From Chthonomonadales bacterium (lineage in GTDB: Bacteria; Armatimonadota; Chthonomonadetes; Chthonomonadales; Chthonomonadaceae): a DNA stretch of 12,503 nucleotides. Both the position numbers and the translations under genes were made by a program. The notes below the pieces were generated by a model, which ran no database searches, had not been told where the DNA came from, and saw only the letters and a program-made list of their open reading frames with translations. How positions within the stretch are numbered: position 1 is the first letter of the stretch; each line of letters opens with the position of its first letter. The DNA lies in assembly GCA_038217285.1 (NCBI GenBank), contig JBBQPO010000183.1, positions 1 to 12,503 on the forward strand. Direction: 5' to 3'. This document shows positions 1 to 7,959 of the stretch, one piece after another.

Positions 1-53
1 CCAAAGCAGGCATAGGTCTTGCGCCGGAAGTCGGCAAGTGTGCTAAAATCCAT
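1..53 (-). CDS. Putative transposase, N-terminus only (MDFSTLADFRRKTYACF...)
   Basis: Hand translation, not in the ORF track. Strong RBS upstream. Resembles the 'FNTLxxFRxxxYxCF' N-terminus of NF041680-type putative transposases. Only 17 codons are visible. Confidence 0.6.
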   Translation of the reverse strand, partial: MDFSTLADFRRKTYACF

Positions 54-140
54 GTGGGCACCTTCCTTTCTTGTTAACTGAAAGGTACCCAATGGGGCAG
101 CCAAAGTTTATCTTCGGCTGCTCTGTAGTCTAAACGTCAA
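1..140 (-). mobile_element. Left end of a probable insertion sequence (IS701-related/NF041680-type DDE transposase); continues beyond the window start
   Basis: The minus strand reads TTGACGTTTAGACTA (140-126), which resembles the terminal inverted repeats I recall for this IS group. It is followed by a possible TAGACT-16-TAAACT promoter, RBS AAGGAAGG and an ATG at 53. Confidence 0.55.
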
Positions 141-548
141 TTCAGAAGCAAGTGTGTAGAAATCCCCGTTAGGATCGAAATTCGGGTCGCCGGACGGATC
201 ATGGAAGAAACTGGGAAACTGAATCGAACTCTGTAGATTGTAGGTATCACCCGGGCCATAGCGTGGGCCGCCATTGTCAGTCACATCGATGACGCAAGGA
301 ATGACATTGGCGTCATCGGAGATTACCTGTTTGCCGTTCGCGCCGATCCTGAAATCCGGGTGCGTTTTGGGGCTTTCAACGAAGTGATACCCATGGGTGT
401 TAGGGTCACCACTATACAAGAGGTTCTGGTATCCTGAGGTGTAAAATGTATAGGTTCCTGAGAGGGGCATTCCGACAGAGTAAGTGTTTTGGAACCAGTT
501 GTGCACGTCGTCCACGCCGGTGACCACTCCATCGAATGCGAAGGTAAG
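141..548 (-). pseudogene. Internal fragment of a probable exported beta-rich protein (PEP-CTERM-like N-domain), with both ends lost
   Basis: The frame of ORF 108..527 extends upstream as LTFAFDGVVTGVDD...VGMPLSGTYTF, typical of mature N-termini of PEP-CTERM-type proteins. No signal peptide or convincing start occurs before the in-frame stop at ~594. The last residues (LTFRLQSSRR) are encoded by the putative IS end. Confidence 0.45.
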
Positions 549-549
549 G

Positions 550-819
550 AAGGAGAGCGGGGAGGGAGCAATGGTGCGTACACGGCATCGGGATTACTTC
601 CTACTCCTGGCAGAGGAAACGATACCGAAGCTTCGGGGGGCGGAGCAGATGCAGTGGTATGCCGTGCTGGAAGCGGAGCATGATAACCTGCGCCAGGGTT
701 TGACCTTCTGTCTGGAGGAGACGGAGGGGGGCGAGAATGGTTTGCGTCTGGCCGGAGTGTTGCCTCAGTTCTGGGAGACACGAGGTCATCTGAGCGGGGG
801 CCGCTCACGGCTGACCGCC
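550..819 (+). pseudogene. Internal fragment of a predicted ATPase/TPR (COG3903, NB-ARC/STAND-like) regulator
   Basis: ESGEGAMVRTRHRDYFLLLAEE...LEAEHDNLRQGL...GLRLAGVLPQFWETRGHLSGGRSRL matches the conserved post-ATPase helical region of this family. The P-loop domain and downstream TPRs are absent. Confidence 0.8.
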
Positions 820-877
820 GGGCGTTGGTACTTGTTGATACTCACTGAATCGAATTTAGGTGCGATAGGGCAAATTG

Positions 878-886
878 TGATACGAT
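878..886 (+). promoter_or_regulatory. Possible extended -10 promoter (TGaTACGAT) for the ankyrin gene
   Basis: TGn-TAnnnT motif ~32 nt upstream of ATG 919, with AGGA at 908-911. Confidence 0.3.
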
Positions 887-918
887 TGAGAGAGCGGACG
901 GTTTCTTAGGAAAAAAGT

Positions 919-1401
919 ATGCTAAAACGTACAGACCGGGATCGTCTTCTGGTTGACGCGGCGCAGCGGGGAGACATAGCGCTTGTCGGGGAATTGCTCA
1001 GCGAAGGGGCGGATCCCAACACGCATTCCGGTATCGCACCGCCGCTGGTTCTTGCCACTTATGAAGGCCACATCAACATTGTTCGCCTCCTGCTCCAAGC
1101 GGGCGCGAACATCAACGAAGGCGATAACAGCGATATAAATCCTTTGATTAGTGCATCTGTCCGTGGCCACGCACCAATCGTGCGGCTTCTGCTCGATGCG
1201 GGCGCCGATACCAGCCTGACCAGTCAGGAACCCAACTGGGGCAGAGATGAGGGCACGGCGCTCGCGCAGGCGCTCAAAAGAGAAAGGGGACTCCATGCGC
1301 CCATTCCTCCAACAGACAACCTAGCGCTCTTGCAAGAACTGCGAAGGAACAATGCCGAGGTTGTGCAGATGCTGCGACAGGCAGGCGTCCCAGAAGAATA
1401 G
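919..1401 (+). CDS. Ankyrin repeat protein (160 aa, ~3-4 repeats)
   Basis: Repeats LVDAAQRGDIALVGELLSEGADPN, PLVLATYEGHINIVRLLLQAGANIN, PLISASVRGHAPIVRLLLDAGADT and a split final repeat (TALAQA...NNAEVVQMLRQAG). Confidence 0.92.
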   Translation: MLKRTDRDRLLVDAAQRGDIALVGELLSEGADPNTHSGIAPPLVLATYEGHINIVRLLLQAGANINEGDNSDINPLISASVRGHAPIVRLLLDAGADTSLTSQEPNWGRDEGTALAQALKRERGLHAPIPPTDNLALLQELRRNNAEVVQMLRQAGVPEE

Positions 1402-1728
1402 TTTCCAGTGCTCCACCAGTGCGCCTCTCTCCCACACGCGTTTCATGTTGTCCTCCCGTTGCAAATGGGCCGAACGCCTCATGCGGTCGCGTGGGATCTG
1501 GCCTATACTGTGAGTATCACAAGAGGGGGAGGCGCTGCATGGGCCGAATCGAGGAAGGCCGCAGCGCAGGGAAACTTATTCCTGGTTCTGCTGCTGGAGA
1601 ACCAGGCCGATGTGGGGTACGACAACGATTCGTTCATTTTAGGGCCACAAGGTTCTCGGCCTCATACCCAGAGGTCATAGATGAGTTCGGGAGGATGGAT
1701 CGCCATATCGAACAGAAACATTTGCGGC

Positions 1729-2355
1729 TCAGTCGGCGTCCTGCAGGGATGGAAAGTAGTAGGCGCGCAGTCTGCCGCCAATGACGCCCAGAATGCCGAG
1801 CATCGGCCCGGCGAGGGCGACGTAGCCGAAAGCCGAGCGCATGGCATGCGGGATAGGATCTGGAATGGACAGATAGGTCGCCGATCGGGCGATCCAGGCC
1901 CAGAAGGTGGGCGCCACGCCGATGGCCAGCAGCATCCCAAGCAGAAACGCGGCTGGGGCCCGCTTCGCGGCGAAGCCCTGAATTAGCGCCAGCAAGACGG
2001 GAAAGAGGAACGTCGAGAAGGAGTTGCCGCCGAACCAGGTCCACTCGCATTGCCGCAGCCAGAACCAGGAGATTATGCTCCAGGTAATGGCGAGGCCCAG
2101 ACCGCCCAACAGTCCTGCGAACTCCCTTCGCCGTTCACGGCGAAGCTCGCTGTACACCCGCAGTCGCTGGGCCTGCCGGAGTCCGTGCCGCACTTCCGCC
2201 GCATCAAGTCCGACCTCCGCGGCCGCGTCCTCAATCTGTTCAGCAGTCAACAGGGAAGAATTTGTGAGGCACGCTCTGGCGGTCAGTTCGAGCGCGAGCC
2301 GGATATCTTGTGCGTCATAATGATCATCGTCTGTGTGCCGTCTGCACAGGGCCAT
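1729..2355 (-). CDS. Hypothetical membrane protein (208 aa): soluble helical N-domain plus ~4 TM helices
   Basis: AAGGAG 7 nt before ATG 2355, preferred over the track start at 2538. The N-domain YDAQDIRLALELTAR...LTAEQIEDAAAEVGLD resembles the N-terminus of 2TM-domain proteins. Four hydrophobic segments follow. Confidence 0.75.
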   Translation of the reverse strand: MALCRRHTDDDHYDAQDIRLALELTARACLTNSSLLTAEQIEDAAAEVGLDAAEVRHGLRQAQRLRVYSELRRERRREFAGLLGGLGLAITWSIISWFWLRQCEWTWFGGNSFSTFLFPVLLALIQGFAAKRAPAAFLLGMLLAIGVAPTFWAWIARSATYLSIPDPIPHAMRSAFGYVALAGPMLGILGVIGGRLRAYYFPSLQDAD

Positions 2356-2685
2356 GTCCCGGCTCCTTATTGACTTTCGGCCTTTTGGATTACAGACGGC
2401 CAATAACTGCGTCGAGCGCATTTTGATCTCATTATGCGCCCGCAGAGTGCCTGCTCGAATGTTAGGCAGACGTCTGATGGTCAATAATCGATTGCAGGCT
2501 CGAGCTGAACTGCCCGCTCCCGTATTCGTCGGTTTCAACGCGGCGACAGCTATCAGACGGTTCTACTTGCTGGGGCGTTTCAGAGATAAACGATACCTTC
2601 CCAGTGCGTTGGGCAAATAGCCTCAAATTGCGCCGAGGTCCACAGGACATGAGGTACAGCAGCGACTGCTTCACCTTCCTACTTC

Positions 2686-2772
2686 TTATAACGCGATCAA
2701 TCCCGTCAGGCCGCCCGTCAGCAGGGCCGCGAGGATGATCATCGTAAGCCACCAGGTGGTGTTATTGGGCAT
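2686..2772 (-). CDS. Possible small single-TM peptide or gene remnant (MPNNTTWWLTMIILAALLTGGLTGLIAL)
   Basis: Clear hydrophobic helix, co-oriented between the VOC and membrane-protein genes. No evident RBS. Confidence 0.3.
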   Translation of the reverse strand: MPNNTTWWLTMIILAALLTGGLTGLIAL

Positions 2773-2822
2773 GGGCAGCAGCGTCTTAGCCGACGTTTTC
2801 GTTCCAATGATTGTCAGACCGC

Positions 2823-3254
2823 TTACTCCTTCAATTCTATCCTTTCCCCTCCTGCCCTGCCCGCCGTTCCGAAAGGTGGTTCCCACAGCTCAATGCGGTT
2901 GCCCTCGGGATCCATGATCCACGCAAAGCGCCCATAGACGTACTCTTCGATCCGATCCTCGACCGTAACGCCCTCGGCACGCAGTTGTGCCAACAGGGCA
3001 TCGAGATCGGCCACGCGATAGTTCACCATGAATGGCGCGGCGCTCGGAGCAAAATAGCGCGTGTCGTGGGAAAACAGCGCCCAGACCGTGGAGCCTTCGA
3101 GCGCCGGTTCATCGCCGTCGCGCCATGTGAACATGGCATTCGTCTCCTCGGCGCCGGTTGCTGGAATGCCCAAGTGCTTTTCGTACCAGGCCATCATCTG
3201 CTTCGGATCCTGCGCTTTGAAAAAGATCCCGCCAATACCGGTTACGCGTTCCAT
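2823..3254 (-). CDS. VOC family (glyoxalase/bleomycin resistance/dioxygenase) protein
   Basis: RVTGIGGIFFKAQDP...WYEKHLG...FMVNYRVADLDALLAQLRAEGV...YGRFAWIMDPEGNRIELWEP is a classic VOC motif set. RBS GGAGAGG. Confidence 0.93.
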   Translation of the reverse strand: MERVTGIGGIFFKAQDPKQMMAWYEKHLGIPATGAEETNAMFTWRDGDEPALEGSTVWALFSHDTRYFAPSAAPFMVNYRVADLDALLAQLRAEGVTVEDRIEEYVYGRFAWIMDPEGNRIELWEPPFGTAGRAGGERIELKE

Positions 3255-3438
3255 CGTCCTCTCCCTTCAGAAATATCGTTCAGGCTTCCAACGAGGAACT
3301 CGTAACGACGATCCGCCCCCAACCATCTACTCGATCAACCGATGAAGAACCGGAAAGGACGTAGGGCGTTTTTTCCTATTTTGTGAGAACAGAGCCGTTC
3401 TCCCAGGCTCGGCACGAGAGGCTCCCCAGCTTCGCCGT

Positions 3439-3951
3439 CTATTTCGGCGCTCCCGCTGGCTTCGCATGCATCCTATTTTCCGTATCGACGAACGTCTGGC
3501 GCGCCTCCGCAGAATTTGAAGCTTGCTTGAGGTTGCTGAGCAATGATCCGGCGATATTGGGGGGAAAGGCGGCGGCAAGGGCGCTGGACATGCGTTCCCG
3601 CCGCAGTTGATCCTTTCCGAAGAAAGCATCGGAATTCTTCGTGATGAACTCCAGCGCCTTGAATCTCCACTCCTGTTCCTGCTGTACCTTTTGCATCTGC
3701 AGCTCGTGTTCCTTGGCGGAGGTAGCTATCCAGACCTGGGTCAGTGAAAGCAGAATGGCGGCTACGGAGACAATCGCCGTGATCATCGTGCCGAGGTGGT
3801 CTCTCACGAGCTTATTCCGGCTTCTACGGCCGTCGGATCGGCTGCGGCGCTCGCGCGCGTCCTCCAACCGTTGCCTTTCTAGTTCCAGGCGTTGACGGTC
3901 AAGCTCGAGCCGTGCGTTCTCGATTTCGATTTGGGTGAGGGGTGCAAGCAT
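3439..3951 (-). CDS. Hypothetical protein (170 aa): N-terminal coiled coil, one TM helix, helical C-domain
   Basis: ATG 3951 lies 10 nt after the DUF2652 stop, with AAAGG upstream. Heptad-like run LELDRQRLELERQRLE and TM segment TMITAIVSVAAILLSLTQVWIA. Confidence 0.75.
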   Translation of the reverse strand: MLAPLTQIEIENARLELDRQRLELERQRLEDARERRSRSDGRRSRNKLVRDHLGTMITAIVSVAAILLSLTQVWIATSAKEHELQMQKVQQEQEWRFKALEFITKNSDAFFGKDQLRRERMSSALAAAFPPNIAGSLLSNLKQASNSAEARQTFVDTENRMHAKPAGAPK

Positions 3952-3961
3952 GGCAAGCCTT

Positions 3962-4744
3962 TCATTGTGTCTCACTACTGTCGGGCGCTGCGTCACCGGG
4001 CATATGACGAAACGGCGGCCTGCGGATCAGTCCGAACTGCAGCGCGCGGGCTTTGGCGATTTTGTGCAGGATCGCCGCCGTCTTCTGCCACATCGTCGCG
4101 CGCAGGGAGCCGTTTCCCCGTCCGGCGTGCAGCAGCCCTGAAGCAGGAACGTATGTGAAGGTGCGCGTGGTTCCCAGATTCTCGTAGGTTTCCGCACCCT
4201 CCTCCCACGGCACGGCGTCATCGGCAGGCAACAGTGCGTGCACCGCCTGCGTGATCAGTATATAGCGGTGCAGCGGCAGCGAGTTTTTGAGCAGGCGGTG
4301 CGCCAGGATCACATCGACGCCGGAGAGTTCGGAAAACTTGCCGATCTGGTGCATCAGGACCGGCCCCAGATGCGCAATGATCTTCAAGTCCAGTTTCTGC
4401 GCATTGACACAGGCCTCGCAGGGGCAGATGTTCGTGGCCTTCAACTCCTCGAGCCGGCTATCATACGCGGCGAACATCCCCTGCATCAACTCAAGGACGT
4501 TTGCCATCGTTCGCTGTCGCTCCCCAACGTCTACGGGCCGCCAGGAAAACAGAAATACCGCATCTCCCTCCAGTTTTGCGATCTCGAACGGCACCCGAAC
4601 CTGTTGGGTAAGCGCCTGCATCAACTCCAGAATAATGACATAGCTGTGTGCCAGCGTCTCTCGATTGGCCGTCACGAACCGGGTGTAGCCGCTGATGTCG
4701 CAAAGGAGGAGCAGCGCATCGTGGGACTGCGTTTGTTGTCTCAA
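3962..4744 (-). CDS. DUF2652 domain protein (class III adenylate/guanylate cyclase-like fold), ~260 aa
   Basis: LLLCDISGYTRFV, KLEGDAVF, CPCEAC, LKIIAHLG and ELSGVDVILAHRLLKN are the DUF2652 motifs. Probable TTG start at 4744 after GGGAG. Confidence 0.85.
   Translation of the reverse strand: MRQQTQSHDALLLLCDISGYTRFVTANRETLAHSYVIILELMQALTQQVRVPFEIAKLEGDAVFLFSWRPVDVGERQRTMANVLELMQGMFAAYDSRLEELKATNICPCEACVNAQKLDLKIIAHLGPVLMHQIGKFSELSGVDVILAHRLLKNSLPLHRYILITQAVHALLPADDAVPWEEGAETYENLGTTRTFTYVPASGLLHAGRGNGSLRATMWQKTAAILHKIAKARALQFGLIRRPPFRHMPGDAAPDSSETQ
4304..4363 (+). repeat. 60-bp direct repeat, copy 1 (inside the DUF2652 gene)
   Basis: 56/60 identical to 7992-8051 by manual alignment. Confidence 0.95.
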
Positions 4745-4772
4745 AAAGTTTTCTCCCTTTTGCCTAACACTC

Positions 4773-5735
4773 TCAGCATCTGGTGAGCACGGCTTCGCGG
4801 CGGAAGAGGTGCGCGGCCAGCATAACGGCCGCCGCTGCATAGAGAAGGGACGTGTCACAGGCGACGGCGATGAAGGCCGGATTGATGACGCCCTGCAGCG
4901 CCTGCTTCAGCACGAGCGCCGCGTTCGTGATCGGCACGAGCGCCCAGAAGAGCGGACAATCGACCTTCAGCACCACCGATAACAACGCGCCGACGGTGCC
5001 GATCAGCACTACTGGCACCGTGTAGGTCTGCATCTCCTTCTGATTCTTTGCATACGTGGAAAGTGCAAGCAACATTCCGGCCCCGAACACCGCCAGTGGA
5101 ATCTGCACGAGGACGAGAGCGACGATAGCAGCGGGTTTCAGGGAGATCCCCTGCGAAGCCATCCACGCAAACATCGGCAGCTTTACATAGAACGGCCATA
5201 GCATACCGACGAGGGAGAGTGTGCTCGACAGCAGGGCGGTCGCGGTGACCGTCAGGAACTTGCCGAACGCAATATCCCGCCGCGTGACCGGCGTCACCAG
5301 CAGCGTCTCAAGGGTGCCACGCTCCTTCTCTCCTGCGACCGAGTTTGTCGCCGCCATGAGGCCGCCCATAATAGCGGAGAGGGAGAGCATGTAGGGCAGG
5401 ACGGCGGTGAGCAGCAGCATGATTCGCGCGCTGCCCTTTATCTCGTGATCGCCGATCTGGAAGGGCTGGGTGGTCTGCAACGAGAGCCCCCTTACCTGGA
5501 GGCGCCGGGCCGCCACAGCCTCCCCGCGCCGTTGCAGGTACTCCTTCAATCGCCCTGCCGCCTGCACGGACGCTTCGCTGCCCGCGTCGTCTATCAACGT
5601 CAACTGTGCGGACAGTTCGCGTTTCATCCGCTCCTCGGCGTCGTTGGCCACCACGAGCGCGACCTGCAGATGACGGCTCCGAATCTGTTGCTCCGCCTCC
5701 TCGACGCCGGTGACGGCACGGAAGGTTATAGTGGC
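4773..5735 (-). pseudogene. natB: NatB-like ABC-2 exporter permease, 5'-truncated
   Basis: Contains the AGEKERGTLETLLVTPVTRRDIAFGKFL motif and several TM helices. The frame stays open upstream of the track start (TITFRAVTGVEEAEQQIRSRHLQVALVV) and then runs into natA sequence. The N-terminal TM1 region is missing. Confidence 0.8.
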
Positions 5736-6132
5736 CGTCGATATAAGAGCCCATATCCAGCTCTTCGATCAGGCTGTGGATCCTCCGTTTTGCGTCCGGA
5801 TCCTTCAGGCCGTAGAGCGCCGCGAAATAGTGCAGTATCTGGCGGCCGGTCAAACGCTCGTAGAGACCGGCGGAACCGCTGAGATAGCCTATCTGTGCAC
5901 GGACCTTTTCAGGGTCGCGCACGATGTCATATCCACCGATCTCGGCTGTGCCGGACGTTGGCGAGAGAATGGTCGCCAGTACGCGCAGCAGCGTGGTCTT
6001 GCCGGCGCCGTTCGGACCCAGCAGGCCAAAGATCTCTCCGGCGCATGCCTGCAGGGAAACCCCATCGACCGCCGAAATAGTCCCGCGCTTCTTATCCTGA
6101 AATGTCTTCTTGATGTTGTGGATTGTAATCAT
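5733..6132 (-). pseudogene. natA: NatA-like ABC transporter ATP-binding subunit, 3'-truncated
   Basis: Walker A GPNGAGKTT and family-like sequence to ...LDMGSYIDG (~133 aa). The ABC signature, Walker B and H-loop are absent, and the rest of the 274-aa ORF is out-of-frame natB sequence. Confidence 0.85.
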
Positions 6133-6222
6133 TTGTGTTTTAGCGTTCTAGGTCACGAACGGCCTACGCCCAGCCAATCAGTCCGTGCGGAGCCATCAAG
6201 ATCTTTGCAAGGGAAGGGCGGC

Positions 6223-6420
6223 TTACTCCGTTTCCGCCTCTTCTGTGGGCAGTTCCGCTTCCGGCTTCAGATGCCGATAGAGGGTCGGCAAGGGCACGTC
6301 GGGCAGAAGCTGATGAATCTGAGCGGTGGTAATGCGTCGCCTCTGGAGAGGCACAACTATTCGAACGCGGATCGGATGCAAGATAGTATCGGGTCGGGCA
6401 TCAGAGGGCAGAGCGCCCAT
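6223..6420 (-). pseudogene. ArsR-like (HTH_20) transcriptional regulator, apparently internally deleted (65 aa)
   Basis: ILHPIRVRIV...TTAQIHQLLPDVPLPTLYRHLK matches the family N-terminus, then jumps directly to an acidic tail (PEAELPTEEAETE). The wing and C-domain are absent. Confidence 0.7.
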
Positions 6421-6440
6421 CTATAGTTTCGTAATCGATG

Positions 6441-6460
6441 TTGATTATCAATTATAATAT
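6441..6460. promoter_or_regulatory. AT-rich palindromic site (TTGATTATCAA / ATTATAAT): candidate operator and -10 box in the divergent promoter region
   Basis: Two overlapping palindromes ~20-40 nt upstream of the HTH start. TATAAT is present on both strands. Confidence 0.45.
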
Positions 6461-6736
6461 CTAAAGAGGCGTGGAGGGTTTCATTCTGCGTCAATTTTTT
6501 TGAGATGCTCATCGAATATGGAGCAGGACTCGATAGTGAGCATCGCTAATCATCGTTTTGTGATCGCGTACTTCAAGTCTTTGAGCCGAAACTGGTCTGG
6601 ACGGATTTCATACCGACGTTCCAGCCCGACGACAATAAGGGTGAGGACAACGGGCATTGAAACGCGCTGGAGGCGCGCAGACCCTGCGCCTCCGACGATT
6701 TCAGTCACTGATCGAGTATCTGAGAGGACAACTACA

Positions 6737-7846
6737 ATGCGATTGACACTCGGGCTTATCGCCCTCTTAAGCGTTTCACTCCCGGCGGTATCGCTGGCGC
6801 AAAAGTCGAAAAAGGTCGTAAAGCCGCCTGTGAAAAACCAGGACATCTCGCGCACACAGGGCCAGATTCAGGGCGGAGACGGCGTGTTCGGCTCTATCTA
6901 TACCCTTAATTCCGGATGGAACTTCACGATTCTCAAGGCGCGCTATACGGTCGATCCATTTACATCGTATGAGGGAGCGTTTCCCGGCCCCGATTCGAAA
7001 CTATTGGTTCTCTCGATAGCGGTTAAGAACTCCGACCCCAGCGACAAGTTCTTCGGATGTCCGCAATTTCAGGCGTTCGATGAGGACGGTCACCCCTACG
7101 ACGGCGTGGACTACAGGCTGGCGAGCCTGGGATGGAAACAGAATTCATTTAGTCTGAAGCCGGGACAGGGAATGGGACAGACGCCGGACAAGGACGAATT
7201 CGCAATCGCTTTCCAGGTTCCCGGCAAAGCGCGAATCAGCAAGATCATCCTGAAGGACGGACGTAAATTCGTCAAGGATGAGAAGGTCGTGCGCTACTTC
7301 ATCGCAGATGTGGCCACCAAAGAACGCGACGGTGAGATCGGCAACCCCAGGAACACTGTCGCGCCGTTGCCTGACTTCATGCGCGACCCAGCCGACAAGG
7401 TCGGCGCGATCGCACTGCCGATAGCGCCTGCTAAAATGGGTGTCGCCGTGCCCACCGGATACTATACCGTCAGCATCGATTCGGTGACGCTCACCACGAC
7501 CGAAAAGTGCAAAGATCGTCTCCCGGACGACGGCAAGCAGTTCGCCGTCGTCACGATGACAGTCAAAAATAACTGGAGCAAGGAGTTGGGGCTGTTCGAT
7601 CTTGGCAGCGACGGCACAACGGTTCTGAAGGACGTCGATGGAGAAAAATACGGTGTGATCGACGGGTCGGATAAGCGCAAAGCCAAGCGGGATGAAGCGG
7701 TATCGGGCGAACTCTCTCTCCAGCCCGGTGAGACCTACACGTTCCGTCATTTCTTCGAGGTTCCGAAAGATGTGAAACTGAAGTCGGTGACGTTCGGCCA
7801 GGGCAGTGGACGCAAATATACCCTGGATCTATCGGGATCGAAGTAA
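6737..7846 (+). CDS. Secreted protein (369 aa) with two tandem DUF4352-like Ig-fold domains
   Basis: GAGAGG RBS before ATG 6737, and a Sec signal peptide MRLTLGLIALLSVSLPAVSLA/Q. Internal repeat: PDSKLLVLSIAVKN..SLKPGQ..FQVPGKARI versus DDGKQFAVVTMTVKN..SLQPGE..FEVPKDVKL. Confidence 0.8.
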   Translation: MRLTLGLIALLSVSLPAVSLAQKSKKVVKPPVKNQDISRTQGQIQGGDGVFGSIYTLNSGWNFTILKARYTVDPFTSYEGAFPGPDSKLLVLSIAVKNSDPSDKFFGCPQFQAFDEDGHPYDGVDYRLASLGWKQNSFSLKPGQGMGQTPDKDEFAIAFQVPGKARISKIILKDGRKFVKDEKVVRYFIADVATKERDGEIGNPRNTVAPLPDFMRDPADKVGAIALPIAPAKMGVAVPTGYYTVSIDSVTLTTTEKCKDRLPDDGKQFAVVTMTVKNNWSKELGLFDLGSDGTTVLKDVDGEKYGVIDGSDKRKAKRDEAVSGELSLQPGETYTFRHFFEVPKDVKLKSVTFGQGSGRKYTLDLSGSK

Positions 7847-7959
7847 GCCACGCGACCTCTTTCTACCGTTGAAAGGAATGTACTGTAGTTTGGCGTTCTC
7901 GGCACCTCGCGCCTGCTGATTTCATGCGGTAACACTCTGTCCTGCCCCATTTCTCGGGG

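Noticed and set aside
5720-5745. Programmed frameshift joining natA and natB
   Set aside because: There is no slippery sequence, and a fusion would still lack essential ATPase motifs.
5308-6132. 274-aa ORF as an intact ABC ATPase
   Set aside because: It lacks the signature, Walker B and H-loop, and its C-terminal half is an Arg/Gly-rich out-of-frame read of natB.
6500-6736. N-terminal extension of the 448-aa ORF
   Set aside because: The RBS and signal peptide point to ATG 6737.
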